Shown here in pieces: positions 1-11,400 of a stretch of DNA of 64,000 nt. This DNA comes from Lingula anatina (taxonomy: Eukaryota > Animalia > Brachiopoda). The DNA lies in contig CM120640.1 of NCBI GenBank assembly GCA_051362555.1, forward strand, positions 67,186,788-67,250,787. Reading direction: 5' to 3'. The translations under genes were made by a program, and so were the position numbers. The notes under the pieces are model-generated. The model was not told where the DNA came from. It ran no database searches and was given only the letters and a program-made list of their open reading frames with translations. Position 1 is the first letter of the stretch; each line of letters begins with the position of its first letter.

Positions 1-213
1 GATTGCCTTTGTCAACAGACTAATGACAATTGTGGCAATGGCGCTGATGAAGAACAACAGAATACCAAAGTGGAGATAATGGACCTTGGAAATGATGGGC
101 GGGATGGGGTTATCTGATGTTTCTCCACATGGGGGAGCAGGCCCATAGCTGTACTCCCAGATAAAGCGGGCAAGGCCAGTAACCAGTCCAATCATCAAAC
201 CCCAGAAAGCTCC
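1..213 (-). CDS. SLC5A exon 12, truncated by the window edge ([31 protein letters not shown]...[29 protein letters not shown])
   Basis: TAG acceptor at 214-216; GAFWGL and VHYLHF motifs; frame open to position 1. Confidence 0.93.
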
Positions 214-3200
214 CTATAGAAATCATGCATAAAGTAAAAAATATTAATGTACAGGGAGGGGAAATTCCGTGTCTACATATTGTGTAAGAATGTATAAACA
301 AAAATTTACTCCAATAAATAAAAAAACTAGACAAAAATCATATCTAAAATCAAACATTTTTCATAAATTAACAACAATTAAATATTTTTTATCTTTACTA
401 TATATATATCTAAAAGAGCCCTTTGGACTTAATTACCTGCTCATTGATTCTCTTCCATGCTACAGCCAGGACATACACAGCACAAATAGGTGGCGCCAGG
501 AAGCTGGTGACAGCCTGAATGTAGTGGAACAACTCAGAGACACTCTGCACAATGGGGATCCACACCACACTTATTACCACCAAAATCAGGACAAAAACTC
601 TGAAATACAATAGGAAAAATAAGCTCATACAAAATTTGATTTTGAACTTTATTTTAAACCCCAGGCCACCCTAATTAAAATATTTCATAAATCAGACAGA
701 TTTGACATGGTCCATTTAAGTATCAAAAAGCTTAATGTATCCTTTTAAGTTAATAGTGCTGAAGATCTTGTAACTTGCATAGATGAAAATTAGTCAGAGT
801 AGGTGTTCTTAAAGGGAGGAGTAGCAAATCACTCACATTCAATAACTTGCCAAATACTAAACAAAACTGGTGAATTCTATTTCCAAAACATTACATCAGT
901 AAAACTCCAAAATTATATTTTTTATAAGTTCTGGAAAGCAAGATTTGACAAGCATAAAATACTGGGGTAGTCAAATAAGCAAATAACTGGGTAATGCCCA
1001 TACCTGCCAACAATCATAAGCTCTATGTCACTGGCACGCTTACGGATTCTCCTCCATATGTCCATGGTGAAGATGGTACTGCCACTGTTAAAGATGGAAG
1101 TCAAGGAAGACATCAGAGCACTCATCATCACAGCCAACATCAAGCCACGTAGACCTGGAGGCAGCAGACGGATCACGAGCAAGGGGAACGCTATGTTGGT
1201 ACAACCATTGCGACTGCCACAAATGGAATAGCAGATATCTGGATCAGCACAGCCAACTTCGTCTGTAACAGAATACAATTTATGCAGAAACTTGAGGCTA
1301 AATGAAAGCAGTTATCCACTTGAAACATCCACAAAATAGTACTAATTAAGAAATCTATGTCTACTTTAACCATATATCTGAGAGTATGTCCGCTGAATAA
1401 TAAAAACACATTGCAACATTTAGCCCATTTTAAGAAGTTTTAGTTAACTAAGTTATGGGCGGAAACTTAGATAACTTAAATTATTCAACATTTTGATGTT
1501 TTTTAGGAGATATTTAAAATTCATTATATTTCATGAAATATCTTTTCCTATAAACAAATTATTTTAAAAAAATTATCTGATCTTAGAATACCTGAAATAG
1601 TTAACTACATAAAACTAAAGGTGTGAGTTATTATTATTATTATTGTTACCTGGAAACAGGATTCTTGCAATCATCCCAGGGTACACAATCAGCCACATAG
1701 GTAAGATCTTCAGGTATCCAGCCAGGACAGTGCCTCCCTTAGCATGAGACAAATCCTTGGAAGCTAGAGCTCTCTGCACTATAACCTAAATAAAAGAATA
1801 TATGGGTTGAATGGAAATGTCAAAATTTAGATATAATTTTTAATTATTCCTGAAGCAATTACTTTAAATCAAATTGGTAAAAATGAATTTCATTTTTTCT
1901 TAAATGGTCCACTATTATGCACACAGGGAGAGATGAAACACCATTTAAAACATTTCTATCCATGTTTTTAAATGTATATCCTCTGCACATATATCTATCA
2001 CCAAATGCACTATTCTGCAATAAAATGTAAACTTTTTCTTAATAAAAAAAAAAGTTATACAAAATGCCCATATCTATAAAAAGTATATCTGACTCTAACA
2101 AACATCAGTTCTTAAATATAACATCAAACTGTATCTTTTTTTTTTACAACCTTGATGGTTCTTGCTAAACAGCACTGAATTTCAGCATCATGCATTTAAT
2201 TGCACATTCTACATATCCTTAAAATGTATCATGAACTCCTCTCCATGATTACAAACTCTGTGCAGTTACTAATCTCAGCAGTGAAAATCAGCAGGAATTC
2301 TGTCCAACATTGACCTCATTGACTAATGTAACAGCAGTAAATTCTAATAAAATAATGAAATAATAAAACAACAACAGGTAACATTTAACACATGTATTTC
2401 TATTTGGGTCACCAAACTGGTTATCTGCATGTAAAATGACCCGCGATAATCAAAGCATGCCAAATGTATTGTGATCCATGCACGTGACATCTGTGAAATG
2501 TCATGCTTCCTTCATTTTTATTTGATAAAACAAAGCCATCAGGTGTGACAACAGTGACACTGACAATCAATATCGTCAAAAAAAGATGCAGTACGTAACG
2601 TGGCCAAGACAATATGACTATGTATAAAGTGCTTTCTGCCACTGGACACTGGCAGCTGATATGCAGTGGTGACACTACAGTGGATAGCAGAAAAACCTCT
2701 GAGGTGCAGCAAGTACGTAGTCATCAAACATGATTCTGTCATAAAACTGTCATCAAAATTTCACATAATTAACTTATGTCAAAACCTTCATGCAGTTTGC
2801 TAATTTCCATTCCATGCAAAAATAAAAAAATTCAAATCTTAAAGAATCTAACAAACATTAAGCTGAGAGCTCATGACAAATATTGCCCTCCATGAAGCAC
2901 ACATCTTGCCTGCACAAGCATGATCACCGTGACAACAGCCATGCTCTATACCTGATCAGAGCACCAATACCAAGTAGCAGAGATGGTCAGCCCAAAGAAA
3001 ACACCAGTCCATGGGAGATCTTTGGCATCTAAATCTCTGACAAGGTGAAAGGAGTCGTAGGGCGGGGGGCCACATGTTACGTTATGACCACCATTACGGT
3101 AAGATCTGGGTACGGCACTGAAAAACTGCTCAGAGATTTTCTCAAGGCCTCCTACTTCTACAAAACCTACAAGATATTATTCACATAATGTCAAACAGAT

Positions 3201-4654
3201 AAAAGTTTCTGTCTGATTAAATGCCAAGTCAGTTTAGCATTACATGCAGTTTCATTTTGTTAATTGATCTCTTAACATACTGCTTTAATTGATATCAACT
3301 TTTTTTCTAGAAAAAAAATCCTGCCGTGGTAGTCACTTTGCATCTCAGGAAGCCTTCTATTGTGAGAAGATTCAATAAGGTTAACATGCACGGTGAGAAC
3401 AGATATCACCCATGCTTTGCCTAAATGCTCAAAGAAATCATTATGATCAAGCCACCACTCGGACATCAATTTTGTGGCATCCAGGCATTCTAACATTGCC
3501 AGTTACCTGATCCGAGCAAAAGTACCAAACAGCAATGATGGTCAAACCAAAAACCATCCCTGTCCAGGGTAAGTTGTCATCTGTCACATCTCTGAACAGA
3601 TGCATTGAGTTGGAAGGCAAATAACCACAACTGGTGTTTGGAGAGCCCTCTCTGGTTGTGTTGGGGATGGCAGAGAAATACAGGCCCATCACATTTTCAT
3701 ACCCTCCCACTTCAACAAAGCCTGTAGAACAAAGGGTTTATATGGCAAATGGGCAGAAGTTGACAATTCCTGTTATCCAGAACTCTTATAATTCTTAACA
3801 GAAAAGAGTTTCTATACCCCCGGTATATCTGCAGGTTTGTGATCCAAGGGGGTACCATTCAAAGTTCCATCAGGATTCGTAGATAATTATTCAAATAAAA
3901 TACAGGTGTACCAAAAAAAAAAAAAAAGGAGGAATATAGACAACAGCACTTGTGAGGTGTTCTCATAGAACCATCGTCATTATGATTGCATGGATATCTT
4001 TACAACTGGTTTTGGATAAAAGAAAATATATAAAACTTAAGAATAATTCCTCATGAAGTTTTCATGGTACCAGTACCTTTTTCTTTCAAATGACCAAGTA
4101 CCATCTACATATACCATCTACTGTTGTAACTGGGGAATGTTTTATCACTTTTCAGCGATTGCTTCATGCACTTACCTTTATAAGACTTGGTAAAATACAG
4201 CAGCTGTGCAAATCATGGTTAACCACACAGAATCACATTTTCATTTTTGAATGGATGTGTACTAAAATGCACACATTTACAGAATTTTTTGAACAATTCA
4301 TAGCAATTATGTAAAAGCAGTTTGTTTTTTGTACTTTTGGTTTTCATGTTGGTCGAAATATAATACCAATCCCAACATGGTTTACAATGATTGCACATTA
4401 TGATCCAACATAAAACAAAGTTACACCACATTGCACACCACATGACATAAAACACCCATTCACATATCCTTTCTCAAGTACACTGAATGGCGCATGCTGG
4501 CACTTCAGAGAAACTGCCATTCATATCTGTTTTTAACCTTTTCCTTCTAAATTGTTCTTTTTAAATGCCAAGAACATATCTGCAGCAAAGAAGTCCAAAG
4601 CACTGCCAATTAAATTATATGTGTTTTTATCAGTCACCACAAATACAGTGATCA

Positions 4655-4706
<52 letters not shown>

Positions 4707-7700
4707 AGCACCCTCCTGACCTGATCTGAACACCAGTACCACACTGATGAGATGGTTAATCCCACCATCACTCCTAGCCATGGAAGAGAGTCATCATCAA
4801 TTGATCGAATCAAATTCATTGAGTTTGCTGGGGGAATGCCACACTTTGCATAAGTGTCATTTGGCGCAGCATCTCTTGTTGTATTGGGGACAGCAGCAAA
4901 AAACTTTTCAATCAAAGGGTTGTAGCCACCAACTTCAATAAAACCTATTTCAAGAAATTTAGAACTTAGTAATATTGTCAAAATTGTTCAAATAATGTGT
5001 TAATTTTTTGGGTGTCAAAGAAGGTTGGGTAAGTAAGGAAATGGTTAATTTGTTAAGGGAAAGGAACCCATCATAACAAGGGAAAATGTTATCTACTACC
5101 CAACATGGGGGAAAATTGGTTTTTTTTTAAATTATTTTGTCAAAATATGATAGATGGGGTAAATAATATTTCATCACACAAACCAAGCATGCACTCTCTT
5201 AGTGAAGCACGGCACAGCAACACATTCAGCACAATATATACTGACATCTAATAATAAAACAAAGACACTAAGAGACTAAGAAGTCTATACAGAAGCTACA
5301 TATATACTTACACTCAACATTTACTGGTAAAATCAATTTCAAAGTTTTACACTGGTAAAATGTTTCAAAATCAGGTCCAATATTCAAATGAAGAGAACTT
5401 GTTATGAAATTGAATTGCCTGAATGATTTTACCTGATCTGGTGATGTGTCCAGCACTACACTATTAATAATTTCAGACAAAAGACAAAAGAAAAGACTTG
5501 TAGTTTGTACAACCAACTTGGCACATCAACATTACCATATAAATTGATGTTTTCATTTTCATGTTCTTCAGCAACAAGCATTATGGTTTTACCTTCCAAA
5601 GGTTCCCAAAATGATTTCTACAGATGAAGTACATGTCACTTTGTCAACACTCAATCCTTGAGAATAATTCCAAGGTTGACCACCAAACAAACTTCCTCAG
5701 CAACTATGTACTTCACCTTGAAAAAAGTTTTGGGAAAAACCCCTGTACCTGATCCGAGCACCAGTACCACACAGAGTTAATAGTGAGCCCGATCATGACT
5801 CCAGTCCAGGGCAATTCAGGGTTGGATATATCCCGTATAAGATGCATGGAATCATGAGGGGGCATGCCACATGTAGTGTTAGAAACACGGGTAGTGTTAG
5901 GAACAGCAGAGAAGTACTTTTGTACAAGTGTCTCTAAGCCACCGATGTGCACAAAACCTATAAAATGACCATGCAAAGCATGTGAAAGCCTAGTGAAGAA
6001 AGAACATAGTTAAAGCATTTTGGAGGCAATGCAATATAACAGTCTTGGTATGATATACCTAAGTTCATGGTGTTATGTGACTTTGTATGTATTGTATGGC
6101 AACTTTTTTGTTAAAGGAAAGGGGTCAAAAATGTCTTTAAATTTTTTAGAAAATTACACTGACATATTCTGGACTAGAGCATATAGAGAAACCAGTAGTT
6201 TATACATATAAAATCTATCAAAATGCCAGCAGGTGGACAGTCTGTGTCCACATAATTTAGATGAATGCATTGCCTCCATGTGTTCAGTGCAGCCAAGTGC
6301 ATGCATGTGAAAGCAGGAACCAATTGTTCTACATCACACAGCACAGCTTCAGTGCACACAGCATACTTCAAAGGGTTGAAACAATGTTAAATTGTGCATG
6401 CCATAGAATGCTGGCAGCTCATTAAATAAACTTCACAATGAGTTCAATGAAACTAAGTCGGTTAATCTGTACATTTGTGGCAATGTATGTATAAATTCAG
6501 AACCTAAATTTTAGTTCGTAATGAAGCATTTACGGATAGCAGACAATTGAAACATGCTAAAGATATGATCAGTCAATTAAAAAGTGCAACAATTCATAAA
6601 AAATATCATTTAACAGGCATCCATAACAACTTTAATAAACAACTTAATATTTTGCTCAATGTGTCAGATTTTAACATTTTGAAATGAAAATAATTATAAT
6701 GGAGAATAGTTCTCAAATACAAAATAACACTACACATTAAATGAAATAAAAGAAATGAACATAATTTATAAAAAAATCTAAAAAGGAAAAAAAATCTGCA
6801 CAAGATAAAACTTTTACTCACTCATAACCATGAGGATAAAGGCACCAATAACCATGATGACAGTCTGAATAAAGTCTGTCCAGATCACAGCAGTTAGACC
6901 ACCTAAAAATTGACCAGAACATATGTCAAGATCTTTGTAAACAGGACAAAAAGGGGCTGGATTATCTAAATCAAGGGATTAGGGGAATTTTAAACCCACC
7001 TAGGCAAGACTGAAATTTCAATCTTGCCTAGGCGGATTTAAAATCCGTCTGGATTTCAAGTTTGCCTGTGGCTTACATATTGTTTAGCATGTCATATGTA
7101 AGTAGACTGATCATCCATGACAGCTCATAATCTCTTGACTTTGAGAAAAAAAAACAAGATTTTGAGCGATTTGGATGAATATGGGTCAGAAGTTACGACA
7201 GACTACCAAGATTCTTGGACATTTTCTACTCTTGTATGACATCATGCAAACAGCCTCATTTTCATCTCTTTTGGATGGTTTCTATTGGTTGTTATCTTAC
7301 CAGCAATGGTGAAGAGAGCAGCCAAGAGCAGGAGAGCAGTGATGGCAAGAGGTAAGTTCCAACCCATGGCCAGCTGAATGAACAGGGCTCCAGAATACAG
7401 ATCTGCCTGGAGAAAGGGATGGAATATTCAATACGATGTTTATGTCCATTTATCAGTGGTGACTGGTTTAAGTCTGGTACATTTCAGCAGACAATATGAA
7501 TAGTATTTCTTTTTAATTCACTGTTAGTTACTCTGTAATTTACTGGATTGAATATTACTTTTAAATCACTAAAATTACAGCATAGGTGTTTTAGTTTCAC
7601 CAAACATGTTCCCCCTATCTCCAACAGATTTTCTTTAAAAGAACCTGTCAATCACTTACTGAAATTTTGGTGAAGACATACAAAATCAAAGTCAAGACGG

Positions 7701-8417
7701 CCAGATAGATCCGTATGCGTTGACCACCAAACCGCTTTCTGAGGTACTCGGGCATGGTGTAGACCTGAAAAATCAGTTTGTGAGAAAACGTACAAAGGTG
7801 GACAAACATAATTCATTCATCTATTTTGTTTTATGTTTTTTTCTGTTATAATTTTCTTTGATTTATTTCATAATTTATTTATCCTTTTTGTGCAAGTTAT
7901 CTGCAAGATATCTCTAAAATTTTGTCAAGTGAAAACGTTTTTAATGCATTTTGATTTATTAAAAACATATAGACTTGAAAGGGACATAAATAAATGCTTA
8001 GTCACTACTTCAAATTCTTCAGTAACCAAAAACCAAGCTCTGTTTGTAAAGTATTAAGAGGTTAACAATAGATTCATACAAGCTGAACCAGAAGAAGAAA
8101 TAAAAAAAAAATATATCTGAAGATTTTAGGTTTTTTCTTTGATTCTTTTTTATCATACTTTGTTCGGAGGCATTTCCTTTTTAAAGTTAAAAGTTGGTTT
8201 ATTCAATACACCAGCATCTTCCTTGTAGGCCGTGTACTATGCATTACAACACACCTGGATTTTTATTTTTTTAAATTTTTGCTAGGTAAGTGATAATAAC
8301 TTCAAATTTGTAATAAGCCATATAGTATTGTACTCACCCCAGCAGCAATATATACAGGTACAAATATCCATCCTAGAATGAGCAGGATAAAAATGGCCTG
8401 AAAACAACAACAACAAC

Positions 8418-8462
<45 letters not shown>

Positions 8463-11400
8463 GTTTAGAATGGCTTTTGAAAGTCAATACAAACAATAAA
8501 TGAAGGATTTACTAAGATTTACTAAATACTGATTGATAAACTTCAGAGCTTCCGGATTTAGCATTTGTGCAAAGCATATGAGGCTTAAGTTCGAGTTACA
8601 GAACTATGCATGGGCCACAAGACTTATCTTGAGCTAAGACCAAAAACATACTGGATTTTGCACTTTCATAGCTGATTATATTAAAGGTACTCTCAATGGA
8701 ATCTAACCATCAAAATGAATTTTCCAAGAGAAAAGGGGGATTTTATCCTTTTCCTTATCATTTCTCAACCAGTCCTTGCACTTGGATTTGGTATCTAATT
8801 CCATTTTTAATTTAATAATTAATTTAAATCTAGATAACAGGCCAGTCATTTACAATGATCTTCATAGGCATGGCCTCATTTTCACACAAGAAAATACCCT
8901 GGTGTCTTGTGTCCCAGTAATATGCGGTGTATAATACAGACTTTGCAAGCTGTCATGGCTACCTGCGCAGACTCTGAAGATAATTACAACACTAGATACA
9001 CCTTATTCAGATACACTTTTACTTGAAGGGGTTTCATCGTTATAAGGTCTGCATTGGGAAATATAAGAAGCTTTACAGGATATACATATGACTATTGGGG
9101 GATTTTCAAATGCTTGAAATGTACTTTTAAGCTTAAACAGCCAGGTTACAGGGCATGCTAACATTTACTAGCATTGTGTTGGGCGTGGTTAATGTACTCT
9201 TGTGAGTAACATGAACTTTAAAAATTTTGCTATTTTACCCTTAAATCCTTACACAGAAGTGTTCAATGCACCAGATTTAAAATGTTATGTCTCACTCTGG
9301 TTGCTCATCGCATCCAAACAATATCAATTCATCAGAATTGTAATTCTGTTGTCCTAGTAACTGTTCTACTTGTTCTACTGTCTAAATCACACAGAAATGC
9401 CCAGGTATGTGATGAAAAGTTCAAGGTACAATGTTCTGCCAAGTTATTTCTGGAATAATATTGGACATAATGGAAACCGTCACTGTCAACTACTAACAAA
9501 AGAAAGGATGGATATAGTATACTTTAAAACTATGTGGGGTAACAAATGGAAATTATCTCCATAAGAACCTTAGTCTTGGTAGCCTTTGACAGTAAAATGT
9601 ACCTTGGTTCTGTAGATATTAGGAAAGGGTACCACCTGGCCATTGATCATCTCATAAATGTTAAAAAATATTGCTTAATTTACTAATATGAAAGCAAATT
9701 TCGAGAGGAAGACTTCTCTTGTAAATGAAAATTTAAAAAAATGTGTAAAAAGTGTGCAAATATGTAGAATTTTGAATTTGAAAGACAAAATTCTGCACCT
9801 AAATCAAATTCCCCAAACAAGTAATTTTTAGCATAAATTGGTCATTTCAAATTTTAAGAAGTTTTCTATAAAATAAATTAAGGTACATGCATTGTGAGAT
9901 TAAATTTAAAACTAATCTTTTCTTTTAAATCACAAGACAAAGTTCTTCAGCACCACAGCCATCTGCTTTGTAATAATAAAAAAGGTACACATTATTACAG
10001 TACTCACACTGTTTTAGAACAAGGCACAAAGTGAATATAGTAGCCACAGTAGCTTGTACTGGCCAGACACTTAGTACTTGAGGCATATCATTTGTTAAAC
10101 GTAGACCTCTTGTCTTGTTGACAATTCTGCATACATCTAGGCTTAGGTATGCACAAGAGACCATGCAGGTATCACATGTTTGAAATATGTCAAATGTATT
10201 GTTGGGTAACAATTCTAACATGATCATCCATCTAAATGTGATTCTAATTATACCCCTGGTATGCAAGACAGTTTCTTTGACCAATACATTACACAACCCT
10301 ACAATAAGTAAAGTGAAACATATTTTAAATAAACTGGACAACAATGATTTTTTAAAAAGTGAATGTTCATGTTTTCTGGCAGTTTTCAAATGTCTATTTA
10401 TGGGATTTATCTACAGCAGCTTTCTCACAGCTGGTTTGAGACTCTAGCACCCATCAAACTACCAGCTAGGATAAGCATCCCATTAAAACTTCAAAGGGTA
10501 AATTGATAGATGGTGGAAACATGGGTACTTATTTGAAATTGCTCTAATTTTCAGTGGAAACTATCAGTAAATTTGGCTACAAACCCAAATAGCAGTACAA
10601 ATCATTATCAGTGGGCTTTTTATGCAGAAGGTCACATAAAAATGAAACTTATTTTTGTATGTGTTCACACTCACTGCAAAATGTCTGGCTTCATAACCTG
10701 CTGTTTTCAATTTCAGGGAATTTCATTTCAACGCACCTTTTCTATGAAAATTCTATACCTTAATGAAACAAGAAGACATGTATAGAAAAATATTTTCAAC
10801 ATGACAGCAAAGGTTCAAAACACAACTACACATAGGAAACTGCCCATGCAAAGGCACTTAAACGTGAAGTCACACATCAGATTGTGTTAAACTTGACATT
10901 CCATAGTTTATAATATGTATGTAAAATCTGGACAAGGACTGAAACAAACCAAGTTCTTCAATTTCAACTTTTCCAAACATGTCCCTTGTAGTATGTGTCT
11001 GAACTTCAGGAGTATTATCACAAAAGTTTGTCTTGTAACCATTCTTATAGGTCTCATGAAAGAAATGAAGTTTACAAATCCATGTATAGTTTACCTTTAA
11101 ATGGTGATTTAGATAATAATTTAATAGATTTAAAAGATATCTTTAGAAACCAAAGTTCAACTGATTACAAAGAATTCAGTGGCCGTGAATCAAGTTCACC
11201 AGATACATCAAGTATATATGCCCTGCCAATACTAACAAAATCATCTTCTGAGTCAACATGCCGCCCTCTGATAAGGGAGGACTGAGACAGTGATTCTAAA
11301 AACACACCCATCAGTTGCTATAACAAGATAGTCATCCTACATTAAACTTGAAGACAATATTTATCCATTAAGGCCACAGACTTATCCAAGAGGTTGCAAA

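Noticed and set aside
2952-5957. Reading the four exon-8 copies as remnants of tandem gene duplicates, or as one protein with four repeats
   Set aside because: Flanking exons 1-7 and 9-12 are single copy. Consecutive inclusion breaks the reading frame and would disrupt the transporter's membrane topology.
2189-6305. Ten UGCAUG (Rbfox-type) motifs on the transcribed strand in the introns around the exon-8 cassette
   Set aside because: A hand count in the similar-sized SLC5A intron 3 (8398-13461) gave about seven, so the background is high (CpG decay inflates TG/CA words). Enrichment is not convincing without conservation data.
10995-11285. 96-aa plus-strand ORF inside SLC5A intron 3 ([11 protein letters not shown]...)
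   Set aside because: No recognisable domain or supporting exon structure, and it starts at a GTG; consistent with a chance ORF.
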